This document shows positions 1 to 11,110 of a stretch of DNA of 32,360 bases, one piece after another. The stretch is from Chiloscyllium plagiosum (taxonomy: Eukaryota): contig NC_057760.1 of NCBI RefSeq assembly GCF_004010195.1, forward strand, positions 4,190,104 to 4,222,463, read 5' to 3'. Position numbers and translations under genes: made by a program. The notes beneath the pieces are model-generated. The model saw nothing but the letters and a program-made list of their open reading frames with translations. It was not told where the DNA came from and searched no databases. Position 1 is the stretch's first letter. The number at the start of each line of letters is the position of its first letter.

Positions 1-48
1 TCACACATAAATGCATACACAGACACACACATATACACATACTCTCTG
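1..48. repeat. Degenerate (CA)n/(TA)n microsatellite
   Basis: tcacacataaatgcatacacagacacacacatatacacat. Confidence 0.7.
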
Positions 49-129
49 TCTTAGTTACTCCCTTTCTATAAGATCTACATTCCTTTTCCATCCCTCTGCA
101 TCAGGCAGAAGGAGGTAAAAGATCTACTC

Positions 130-728
130 GGATTGCTGTGTAAGTGGCTTGTCTGGCCGAATGGCTTCGGTCTGTTCCTTCTTCACAAGCTTGATGGGCT
201 GAGTGTCCTTCTCATGTTCCCCTGTCACGGTCTCAGGTACCTGATTGTCTCGCTCTTGTTCTTGAGTAAGAGGTCCTCCTCCTGCTGCTGTTAAAGAGGC
301 TTCAGGGTTTATGGAATCTACCTGTTGCTGTGCAATAGTTTGAGGGATTGAAGGGCTTCATCATGTTATTCCATTCCAGGATTGGGAAATATTGAATGGC
401 CTCCAACGCCCCTGAAATGGTTTTGACTGTGTGATTCGTCTTCTCATGTTCATTTACACCAAACATGTGGCTGAATTAACTTCTCATTTCCAACAAAATG
501 TCTGAATGGGCTCAATGGCCCTTCTTCAATCCCTTTGTGACCTCTCACATTATCTGTATTGCAGATTTTAAAGGCTGAATGGTTTGATTCAGTTGGTGTG
601 TAACAGGAAATGGTTGCTGCATGACCTACTCCTGGTCCACTGCTATAGGCTTGAGGGATTGATTGAACTCTTGTAACTGCTTGTCAAGCTCAAGAGGCTG
701 AATATCCTTGTTCAGTTGTGTATATAGG
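130..728. repeat. Degenerate ~42-bp tandem array A (unit resembles AACAGGCTCGAGGGGCTGAATGGCCTCCTCCTGTTCCTGTGT)
   Basis: GAATGGCC-like anchors at 159, 201, 243, 350, 394, 433, 473, 513, 577, 619, 661, 700; collinear similarity to 10500-11020. Confidence 0.75.
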
Positions 729-1808
729 GTCAACAAATTAGAGAAAACCTTCAAGACCATCAATAATACTCTTGCTGGCATTAAATTCACTAAAGAGGAG
801 GAAAACAACAACAAACTGCCATTCCTAGATGTCACAGTAGGGCGAAAAGCCAATGGGGAACTTCAAACCGGCGTCTACAGGAAAAGAACACGTATGGACA
901 AAATATTGAACTATGGAAGCAATCATCCCAACATCCACAAGCCAAGCTGCATCAGAACATTATTTCAACAAGCCAACACACACTGAAACACAGAGAAACT
1001 ACGCAGAGCAGGAGAAAATTACCTGTACAGTGTATTCAAAAAGAATGGGTACCCAATGAACACAGTCTGCCTATGTCTCAGCAACAAATCCAAACAAATA
1101 GATGAAACATGTCCAGACACCCTAACCACTCTCCCCTACATCAAAGGCATCTGGGAAATGACTGCCAGACTACTCAGACTCCTTGGCATCATGGTAGTCC
1201 ACAAACCCACCAACACACTAAAACAGCAGCTAGTGAACTTGAAAGACCCTATACAGACAACAAGCAAAACTAATGTCATTTACAAAATACCGTGCAAAGA
1301 CTGTAACAAACACTACATTGGACAAACAGGCAGAAAACTAGCCACAAGGATACATGAACATCAACCAGCCATAAAACAACATGACCCTCTCTCACTAGTA
1401 TCCTCAGATACAGATAAGAAAGGACACCACTTCGACTGGGACAACATATCCATCCGAGGACAAGCCAAACAACGACAAGCACGAGAATTCCTAGAATCAT
1501 ATCATTCCATCCAGAACTCTATCAACAAACACATCAAGTTAGACCCCATCTACTACCCTCAAGAAAAAGAACAGGAAGTGACATCACCACAGAAAATGAC
1601 ATTACCACAGGAAATGACATTGCCATCCCGAAGAAACTCAAACATATAAATAGAAAGCAGGAACTATCAGCAGTGATTCGCCTGAGGCTCACTGAAGATG
1701 TTACCTCGTAGGGTGATGAAACATCTGGAAATTAACCTTCCAGCTCAGCGAGCAGACCTACATGCCGAACCTCAAACTAACCTACAAATCTTCTCAAAAC
1801 TCGCTAAC
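729..1808 (+). mobile_element. Penelope-like element (Poseidon-like), 5'-truncated: RT C-terminus, GIY-YIG endonuclease and 3' pLTR
   Basis: ORFs 708-986 (IKFTKEEENNNKLPFLDV..VYRK) and 1056-1649 (NVIYKIPCKDCNKHYIGQTGRKLATRIHEH); ends TTCTCAAAACTCGC. Confidence 0.92.
1692..1722 (+). ncRNA. Minimal hammerhead ribozyme core in Penelope pLTR
   Basis: CTGAAGA-t-GTTACC-tcgtag-GGTGAT-GAAAC (core boxes plus stem II). Confidence 0.7.
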
Positions 1809-2990
1809 ACCAGATTTATTAGGAAGCACTAGATTTCGGGGCACTGCTCCTTTAGCAGGTGGTTGTGGAGAAAAGGACCATAAGACACAGAATTTATTAC
1901 AAAAGGTTACAGTGACATGTCACTGAAATGATATATTGAATAAACCTGAAAAATTTTGAATGGGTTGCAGGTTTCAGTTATTTTGGCATGTGAATCCCAG
2001 AACTTCTTTTAAGTCACCTTCTCTGGATAATGTAAAGTTTTGTAATAAAAGGTGACATCTTAGCTCAGGCAATGCATAAAAGGTGTAAGGTTAATTTGTC
2101 TGTTTCCCAGTCTTGAGTCAGACTGGTTCTATTTCCAAAGTGTAATTCAGAAAATATTCATGAACTGATTGGCTGCATTGACTGCCTGCACATTGTACAT
2201 TTTTGAGCAAAACAAAATATATCTGCAAATATAATTCTGCAAATACAAATTCATGCCATAGACTTACATTTGTGTGCGTGTGTGAATGTGAGTGCACGTG
2301 AGAAAGTATATGTTTGAGTGTGTGAAAGCTTGGTAATGTGTGTGTGCAAGTGTGATGGAGTATAAGCCTTTGAGAGGGTGTGTGCGTCGGTGTGAGCGTG
2401 GGAGTGTATGTGTATGAAAGAGAGAGTGTGTATGAGAGACAGTCTGTGTGAGTGTGATTATGTAAGAGTGTGAGTGTATGTGTGCTTGTGTGTGTGTAAG
2501 TGTGTGTGTGTGAGTGTATAGTGCAGTTCGGTCACCTGTAGTGTGACATGAGCCCAAGGTCCCGGTTGAGGCCATCCCCATGGGTAACAAACTTGGTTAT
2601 CAGCCTCTGCACGGACAATTTGCATTGTTGCCTGTCCCGAAGTCCACCTTGAAGGATGGTCATCCGGAGATCCGAGACTGAATGTCCAGGACAGCTGAAG
2701 TGTTCCACAACTGGGAGGGGAACACGCCTGTCTGGTGATTGCTGCATGGTGTACATTCACGTCATAGCGCCTGCTTGGTCTCGCCAGTGTACCATGCCTT
2801 GGGGCATTTGTGCCTGCTATGTATGTGATAGACAACGTTGTCCGAGTTACATGAATACCTGCCATGGACACGGTGGTTGGTGTCCCCACAGGTAATGTCT
2901 TCCAGTGGTCGACATGAGAGCGTTGTACCGTGTTGTGTTCGATGTTCTGAAGGCTGGGCAGTTTGCTGCAAACATGCTCACCAGTATCCT
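1809..2990 (-). mobile_element. Penelope-like element 3' part (GIY-YIG endonuclease, TG-rich 3' UTR, pLTR)
   Basis: Frameshifted minus-strand peptides SCNSDNVVYHIHSRHKCPKAWYTGETKQ and EHFSCPGHSVSDLRMTILQGG..QRLITKFVTHGDGLNRD; degenerate HHR near 1833-1859. Confidence 0.85.
2270..2520. repeat. (TG)n-rich low-complexity tract within the Penelope 3' UTR
   Basis: Interrupted gtgtgt/gagtgt runs. Confidence 0.85.
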
Positions 2991-2994
2991 TCCA

Positions 2995-3648
2995 TATAGA
3001 TGTCCCCCTACACAATAACAGCAAAGAGGCGAAACGAGTGGAGATTGTCAAGCTCCTAGGAGTGGTCATCAACAGCAAGCTTTCTTGGACTCTTCGTTTG
3101 GACACATGGTTACAACAACATCCCTTCTTCCTCAGACAGCTGAGAAAATTTGGCATGACAATGAATACCCTTGCCGACTTTTATATATGTGCTATCGACA
3201 GCATTCTGTCTGGATGTATCACTACCTGGTATGGCAACTGTACCATTCAAGATCAGAGACGGCTACAGAGAGTGGTGAACTCGGCCCAGACAATCACAAA
3301 GACCAACTTTCCATCTGTAGAATCCATTAACCAGGCTCGCTGTCAAGAAAAGGCTGCCAGCATTCTCACAGATCCATCCAACCCTGGCAATGTTTTTCTA
3401 CGGCCTCTACCATCGGGGAGAGGGTACAGAGGCCTGAACGCAAAAGTTTCTACCCTACTGTTGTTAGAATACTGAATGGACTCACAAACTCTTAGCATTT
3501 GCCTGTACCTGTATTTTTGTTTTTGCTGCTGTTTACCTATTATTTACTTATCTATGCTACTTAAACTGATCCGCCTGTATTGCTCACACGACCAACCTTT
3601 TCACTGTGCCTCGATACTCGTGACAATAAATTCAATTCAATTCAATTC
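2995..3648 (+). mobile_element. Rex1/Babar-type LINE 3' end
   Basis: ORF 2963-3475 (KLLGVVINSKLSWT..FFLRQLRKFGM..FYICAIDSILSGCITTWYGNC..LPSGRGYR); AATAAA then (ATTCA)n tail at 3625-3648. Confidence 0.85.
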
Positions 3649-3659
3649 AGGTGAGGAAG

Positions 3660-3990
3660 TGCATCACTTTTCTGGGCCAACACATTCATCCTAGGACTAG
3701 CCAAACAGAGACACACTCAAGACTTCCTAGAAGCATGGCATTCCAATCAGAACTCTATCCACAAACACACCGATTTGGACCCCATCTACCACCGGCTGAC
3801 AAAAAGAACAGAAAATGACATCACCAACCCAAGGAAACTTAAACACATAAATAAAAAGCGGGACACAACACTGAAAGCTCACTGATGATGTTAAATAATG
3901 GTGATGAAATGTCTGAAAATGAACCTTTCAGCTCAGCGGGCAAACTTACATCCAAAACCAAACCTGACCTACAAATCTTCTCAAAACTCA
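3660..3990 (+). mobile_element. Penelope-like (Poseidon-like) 3' fragment with HHR-like core at 3882-3909
   Basis: Homologous to 1425-1805; CTGATGA..GAAA; ends ACAAATCTTCTCAAAACTC. Confidence 0.85.
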
Positions 3991-5760
3991 TGGACTTATC
4001 ACTCCACATGTTTTTCCAAATTTCCAGCACATCTTCCTGCTTAACATCAACCAGTTCGAGCTTATCAGTTTGTGTCACACTGTTCTACAGATGGCAAGGT
4101 CTGTCTCACTGGTGGAAGCTGAAGCAAAGTATTCATTAGGAACCTCCCCTACACCACCTCGGACCCCACGCACAAGTTCCCTCAGATATCCCTGATCGAC
4201 CCTCACTCTGACCATCCTCTTGTTCATCAAATAAGTGTAGAATGCCTTAATTCTACATGCCAAGGCTACTTAATTCGCCCTTTTTGCTCTTCTAAGTTCA
4301 TTCTTCAGTTAATTCCTGGCTTCTGTGTTACTCTCTGGAGCCCTGTTTGATCCATCCTTCCTCAAAATTAAGGAAGCCTCCTTCTTTCTCTTGACTAGAT
4401 GTTCCACATCTCTTGTCATCCAAGGTTCCTTCAATCTACCATCACTTTCCTGCCTAAATGAAACAAAGCTATCCAGCACACGCAACAAGTGCTCCATATA
4501 AACAACCTTCATATTTCTGTCATGCTTTTCTTTGACAATATCTGTTCCCAAATTAAGGTCCAGAGTTCCTGCCTAATAGCAGTGTAATTGTCCATCCACC
4601 AATTGAATACTTTCCCTTTCCACCTGCTCCTATCCCCCTCCATGAAGATAGTAAAGGTCAGGGAGTTGTGATCACTATCACCAAAATGCTTTTCCACCAA
4701 GAGATCTGACAACTGAACTGGTTCATTGCAAAGCATTAATTATAATGTGGTCTCCCCTCTAGTCGGCCTAATGACAGGTTAAGTCAGGAATCCTTTCTGG
4801 GCACACCTGACAAATTCTGCTTCATCCAAACTATTTGCACTAAGGAGGCTACAAACAATATTAGGGAAGTTGAAGTCCCCCATTGCAACAATCCTGTTAC
4901 TTCTGCAACTTTCTAAGAACTGCCTCCCAATCGGCTCCTCCGTGTCACCATTTCTATTGGGGTGTCTACAGCAAACTCGCAAAAAAGTGACTGCTCCTTT
5001 CCTGTTTCTGATCTCCTTCCATAACGACTCAATAGACAAACCTTCCTTGACGACCTCCCTTTTTGTAGCTGTTATAATATCAGTGAATAGCAATGCCACT
5101 CCTCCACCTCTTTTACCTCGATCCCTATTCCTTTTGAAACATCTAAACTCTAGAATATCCAACGACCATTCCTGCCCTGTGGTATTCAAGTCTCCATAAT
5201 GGCCACAACATCATAACTCTGAGCACTGATCCATGCTCAAAGTTCATCGCTCTTATTCCTGACACTTCTTGCATGAAAGTAGCTACACTTCAACTAATCA
5301 CACTGATTGCAAATTTGCCCTATCAACTGTCAATCCTTCCTCACAGACTGTTTTCAAGCTGTATTTTCCAGTTCACCAGTTATACCCATCCTCTGATCTT
5401 TAGCTCCGATTTCCCCAGCCAAACTAGGTTAAACCGTCCCAAAGAGCTCTAACAAACCTCCCACCCCTCTGTTGGTACCCCTCTAGTTCAGGAGCAATCC
5501 GTCCTCCTTGTACACATCCCACCTTCACCACGAGGTATCCCAATGATTCACATTTATGAAACCATTCCTCCTACAACAGCTCTGCAGCCAAGTCTGTTCC
5601 GAGCTTCACCAGCATGTGGCACCGGTAACAATCCTGAAGTTGCTACTCTGATAGTCCTGCCTTTTAGCTTCCAGCCTGTATTCACTTTTCGGGTCCTCAT
5701 CAGTTTTCGTAGCTATTTCATTGGTACCAATAATCTTAACCCCCGTTAAGAATCCTGTCA
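3991..5760 (-). mobile_element. Decayed CR1 LINE (APE endonuclease region and end of ORF1)
   Basis: Minus-strand peptides RGKRGGGVAL, MGDFNFPNI, HFGDSDHNSL, EPWMT, NEYFAS. Confidence 0.88.
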
Positions 5761-5929
5761 ACTCAAATGCAGGCAACCCTGACTCTGGGAGCTGGGAGTC
5801 ATTGAATATTCATGAGGCTGAGGCAGACATTCGCATGATGAGCACCAGGGTCAAAGGTTTTTGTGCATGGATGGGGAAATTTGGAACTGAGACAACAATT
5901 ATATCCTCCATGGGTCTTATTGAACATTT

Positions 5930-6763
5930 CAGCAAGTTCAAGGACTGAATGGCCTACTCATGCATGTTATCCGCCTTTTCCTAGTTTGTAACAATCTAGC
6001 TCTCCTCCTATCTCTATGCAATAGTTCGATGGAGGCTAACAGACCTGCTGGAGTTCCAGGGTCAGAGTTCCTCGGGGGAGGGGGGGAGGGGGGGGGTGCG
6101 AATGAACTCCATCTTGCCTATGATTTCTGTTGAAGCGGTTGAGTATCGTTGTCCAGCCCACTTTCACCAGCTTTGAGAAATAAATTTGGAAAGGGATGGA
6201 AGGACAGAATGCCTTCAATATTATTTTGCTCTTTGGTTGCCATCGGAATTAATCCTTGCTCCTGATTTCAAGAAACATTCTTAAGGAACTTTATGTCTTC
6301 CTTGCTTTTGATCATTATTAGACCAACATGAGAGGCTGAACCTCTCTTGCTCCGATGTGACATGTCCTGCAACTGAACGGAGTCTGGCTGGCCCTGTAGA
6401 AAGGTCAGAGGGGTTTACTGGCGTCATCATGTTCCTGTTCAACAGTTTTGAGAGGCCGATTGGCCTTCCCCTGCTCCTCTTTAACATGCTGGAGAAAATT
6501 AATGGCTCTCCCATCCGTCTGTAACATGTCCGAAAAACTAAAGGACAAAACAATGCTAGAATGATGAGCAATGTTAAACTGTATCTGATGGAAGTCCCTC
6601 CCTTCTACATTACGGAAACCCAAACAACACAATATACTGCAGGGCTGTCCTCTCCCTAATACTCTAGTTTTGAATGTTCCCTTAGAAAAATGTTCCAACA
6701 TTCCAGCTTTCCACCTCTTCAAGTGTGAATAGGCTGGAGTGAATTAAATGGCCTCCTCCTGTC
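5930..6763. repeat. Degenerate ~42-bp tandem array C
   Basis: Anchors GAATGGCC 5947, TACTGGCG 6416, GATTGGCC 6458, TAATGGCT 6500 (42-bp steps) and AAATGGCCTCCTCCTG 6746. Confidence 0.65.
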
Positions 6764-7465
6764 ATAGAGCATAGAACAATACAGTGCAGAACAGTCCTTC
6801 GGCCCTCGATGTTGCACTGTGAACTAACCTAAGCTCATCCCCCTACACTATCCCATCATCATCCATGTGCTCAACCAAGGATTGTTTAAATCTCCCTAAT
6901 GTGGCTGAGTTAACTACATTGGCAGGCAGGGCATTCCATGCCCTTACCACTCCCTGAAAAAAGAACCTGGCTCTGACATCTGTCTCATATATATCACCTC
7001 TCAATTTGTAGCGATGTCTCCTTGTGCAAGCTGACATCATCATCCTAGGAGAAAGAGTTTCACTGTCTACCCTATCTAATACCCTCTTAACCTCTTCTTT
7101 CTAATGAGAACAGACCCAAGTCTCTCAGCCTTTCTTCATAAGAGCTTCCCTCCAGACCAGGCAACATCCTAGTAAATCTCCTCTGCACCTTTCCCTATGC
7201 TTCCACTATCTTCCTGTAATGGGGCCACCAGAACTGTGTACAATATTCCAAGTGTGGCTGCACTAGCGTTTTGTATGGTTGCAGCATGACATTATGGCTC
7301 CAGAACTTAATTGCTCTATCAATAAAACCTAATACACCGTATGCCTTCTTCACAGCACTACCAACCTGGGTGGCAATTTTCAGGAATCTGTGTACATGGA
7401 CTCAAAGATCCCTCTGCACATCAACATTACCAAGAATCTTTCCATTGACCCAATATTCTGCCTTT
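6763..7465 (-). mobile_element. CR1/HER1-type LINE 3' end
   Basis: Tail CATAGAGCATAGAACAATACAG..TTCGGCCC on + strand; minus peptide TRRHRYKLRG..RARFFFQGVVRAWNALP. Confidence 0.9.
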
Positions 7466-8044
7466 AACAGGCAGATTGGGACAGATTTACTTCATCCTTT
7501 CATGAACAGCGGTCTCGAGCTCTGAATGATGTCTCAAGGTTATGAAAGGATTTGATAACGTGGCACGAAAAATTAACAGTGGTATTATACAAATGCAGTG
7601 AACAATAAATATATTACCCTGATTTATGGTGTCGAGAACTTGCCCCACCAGTCATTTTATGCAGTCAGTCTGTTATTTTAGCCCTGCCTCCTTTCAGAGT
7701 GGAAGATAAAAACCCAGTACCATTCTGGCACTACTCCCACATACAAGGAATGAAGACATAAAGGTTTAAATGACTTACAGTCCATCCTTATCAAACCCCA
7801 TATATTCCAGTCAGACAAAATGAATGTTTCCTTTTGTTGTGATATGTTGTACCAAAGGGGTTAACAGTATTTGTTTGTTCGGTGACTGTGCTTAATGTCA
7901 GTCTCCATGGGTTCTAATTATCTCAGTGGAGGTTGCCATCTTTACATGATAAATAGGCTACGTTCAATGTGTTATCCTGTAGAATGTGTGGTAGCATCAC
8001 CGACAGCACTAACAGGAAAGAGCAGCTCCAGAGGAAGGAAGAGG

Positions 8045-8149
8045 AGAGATCAGAATCTGAGAGCAATAGACTAGAATGTTACAAGAATGGATCAGAATCT
8101 GAGAGCGATAGACTGGAATGCTGCTACAATGGACAGGAGTTTGTCCTGG
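8045..8149 (+). repeat. 21/42-bp tandem repeat spanning the GPCR start codon
   Basis: GATCAGAATCTGAGAGC at 8048 and 8090; heptads RDQNLRA/ID*NVTR/MDQNLRA/IDWNAAT/MDRSLSW. Confidence 0.85.
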
Positions 8150-8267
8150 TTTGTTTGGTATTTTTCTAAAAACCATGATAAAAGGCCATTGACATGGCGG
8201 ATCACGTATGTACTTTACATATTTAAATATTTTTATTTTCCAATCATGGTTATCGTTGGTGTTCCTG
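8087..8267 (+). CDS. gpr139-like: First coding exon of a GPR139-like class A GPCR (N-terminus plus first half of TM1)
   Basis: MDQNLRAIDWNAATMDRSLSWFVWYFSKNHDKRPLTWRITYVLYIFKYFYFPIMVIVGVP followed by a phase-1 donor G|GTAAGT at 8267/8268; strong Kozak (aagaATGG). The F/Y-P-I-x-x-I-V-G-V-P end, with an intron before the TM1 Asn, matches GPR139/GPR142-type genes as I recall them. Confidence 0.72.
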
Positions 8268-8969
8268 GTAAGTCTTACTGTCAAGTTACTATTCCTATAA
8301 ACCATGCATAATTGTATAACTGTTCTTTTTATATATTCTGCAGTCATTCCCGTTGTTAATTTACCTGCACACTGTCATCACAGGAGGGACAGAAAGATTC
8401 ATATTAAAGTTAGAAACAGACAATTGATTAACTGAGCCACGTCGGCGAAACAAGGGGGAAAAAACGGGGGAGTGGGATGATCTTGAGGAACAAGAACTAG
8501 TGGGTGTAATCACAAGAATGAGAAAACTGAATAAAGACAGATTAGCTGAAATGGTTAGTTACATCAAATTCTCAATATATCTTACAGTACCGGTCCATTT
8601 ACCAGAAACTGGGAATAGATGACAGCCCATGGATCATGCCAGTTCCATGCTCGGTCAACTAGATTATCTGCCCAGCATGGGAAACATTGCAAACTTTAGC
8701 AGTATATTGGTACTATGCTTGCACTTGACAACTGCTTAGCATGGGGAAATTTGAAGCCAATGTTGTGAGTGACAGTAAAAGGGTCTCTTAGAAATTTATT
8801 TCTCTATTTCTCCATTGCACCATAACAAGTCAGGCAATCTTTTTTTCTGGCAGTGGTAGGTGTGCTGGGATGGGGGTAATGGCCGATGTGTGAATCAATG
8901 TTAGAGAGAGAACACACAGGGGGGAAATCAACTTTAATCTGAATAACTGGCAGGAGTTTCTGTAATTGA

Positions 8970-9030
8970 CAGAGAGAGAGAGGGGGAGAGAAAGGGGGGA
9001 AGAGAGAGAGAGAGAGAGAGAGGGGGAGAG
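8970..9030. repeat. (GA)n/G-rich microsatellite
   Basis: agagagagagagggggagagaaagggggga... Confidence 0.85.
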
Positions 9031-9624
9031 ACGAAGGGACATTTAATTTCATGGACAGATTAGATGATGTGCTTGAGAATATTAAAATAATGGTATTGAT
9101 AGACCCAATAACTATATAGATCAGTGTGCATAGGAATAATGGATGGATGGGATTTTGGTGTGAGTTCAGATCTGAGCCGCAGAGGACCAACTCAGGTTTG
9201 TTTTATGCAGTTTAAAGCTGGGAGTGTCAACAGTAGATAATTGACATCATTAATGCTGTTATCCATTGATCAGGTTTCAAATAACAGATTGCATGAGCCA
9301 GTCAGGTATATTCTGGAGATGTTAGTGTTAAAGTTAGGAGCGCATGAGGAACTGGAGAAACTCTCACTCCATTAATGTCACAGTGTGCCCATGCACAGTA
9401 CATCATGTTGGTGAATACCCACTGTCATGACAGCAACACAGCCTCTTCATTCAGAAGCATTCAGCCATTCTCATTGTGTTTGGGTCTCCCTATTAGGAAA
9501 AAACAATGGAATCATGGATAAAGGCTGCCCACTTGATGGTTATTTCAAAATATCCTCTCACTCACCAATCCCCATCCCCAACCATAAGCATCAAAATATC
9601 CCATGTGTACTGAGACCAATTGAA

Positions 9625-10270
9625 CCATTGGGAACATCAGGGAACAGGCCATTTAGATAATAAGTTGTCTTTCTGCTCTGCTGGCCAGAATGGATAACTC
9701 TAAACCTATCCATGTTAAGTTTCATTTGTCACATGCTGGCCCATTCACCTAACCTCTCCATATCCATTTGTAAATCTTATACATCTTCATTGCAACGCAC
9801 TTTTCTCTGTATTTTAGAGTTATCTGACAAATTGGCTGTAGTATTTTCTGTCCCCTCACCTGAGTGATAATATAGAATATGAATTGTTTAGGCCTGAGGA
9901 TTGAACTTCATGGCATCCAAAACGTTGCCAACCAGAAAATGGTCCATCGATTACAAATCACCGCATTTTGTTTGGTTCACCAAACCTCTATCCAAGCTAT
10001 TAAACTGATTAATTACTGCTGACACTTTGCCGTCTTATTTTGCAGATTTATCTTTTGTACAGCACCTTATTAAATGCCTGCTGGAAGTCTACATATTCTA
10101 CATTTACAGGATCCCCACAAATCACCTTGCTTTTCCCATCTTTAGAGAACTCGAGAAAATAATTCAAACACCACTTTTCCTTCATAAAAACATACTGACT
10201 CTGATGGATTCTGGTTTGTCTTTGCAAATGTCTTGTTATTAATTCCTTGTTGATGGATTCTAACAATTTG
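9625..10270 (-). mobile_element. Decayed CR1 fragments (tail and RT region)
   Basis: Minus ORF 10048-10266 IHQSQYVFMKEKWCLNYFLEF..VEYVDFQQAFNKV. Confidence 0.8.
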
Positions 10271-10389
10271 ACTTGAATCCCAATAGTTCACTAGTTTTTT
10301 TATTCCCTAGTGAAGATAATTATTTTAAGATCTTCCCTTTCTTCCCTTTAAGATCTTCCCTTTCTATAATCTCCCTGTTCACTTTCCAA

Positions 10390-11110
10390 TTCCTGTGTAA
10401 TGGGCACAAGGCCATAAAGAATTTGCTCCATTTGCTGTGTAAGAAGCATGAGTGGCTGCATGGACTCATTCTGTTCCTAGAGCAGGAGGCTGAAGGTCTG
10501 CTTGTCCTCCTCCTGTTGGTGTGTAAGAGGAATGGGATCTTGTGGAGTCTTCCTGTTGCTGTTCAACAGTTTGACGAGATGAAGGGTCTCCTCATATGTT
10601 TCCAAAATGGAATTGAGATGCCAAATATCTTCCTGCTGCACCCTTGAAATGGGATTTAGGGAGTGATTTGTCTTCCCCCCCTTTCCATAAAAGAGACACG
10701 TGGTTGAATTACCTCCTCCTTCCTCATAAAATGTCTCAAATAGTTTTGTATCCTTCCTCAATTCCTTTGTTATAACTTCGATTGGCTAAATGATCTTCTC
10801 ATATTCCAGTGTACCTATCTCCAGCCACTTTGTAACCTCTTCCAGTTCCTGTTTTGAAGATTGTGGAGGATGAATAGGCTAACACTGTTGCTGTTCAACA
10901 GGATACCGGTGTTGCAAGGCTTAGTCTATGCCCAGTCTTAGAGGTTCGAGGAGCTGATTGGCCTCCTCCTGTCACTTTATGTCAAGCTCCAAAGCTGAAT
11001 AGATTTGTTCTATGCTGCTGTAACAGAGTCGAAGGCTTGAGTATATTTTTACTGTTCCTGTTTAACAAGCAGGAGACGCAGAATGGATTATTCTATTTGT
11101 TGTACAATTG
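10390..11110. repeat. Degenerate ~42-bp tandem array B (paralogue of array A)
   Basis: Anchors at 10458, 10500, 10581, 10665, 10706, 10788, 10830, 10872, 10914, 10956, 10997, 11039, 11081. Confidence 0.8.

Noticed and set aside
2264..2590. Thr/His-rich ORF
   Set aside because: Translation of a (CA)n microsatellite
6074..6096. G-run as a functional G-quadruplex
   Set aside because: Isolated homopolymer expansion with no supporting context
7969..8169. ORF with SESESNRLEC repeats
   Set aside because: Alternative frame of the GPCR N-terminal repeat; the 8087 frame has the Kozak ATG, TM segment and splice donor
10273..10647. Leu-rich 124-aa + strand ORF as a membrane protein
   Set aside because: It is the opposite-strand reading of the 42-bp array, has no ATG start and is not open in paralogous array A
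130..11110. CRISPR-like repeat-spacer interpretation of the 42-bp arrays
   Set aside because: No identical repeats, divergence spread along the whole unit, no cas genes, vertebrate context
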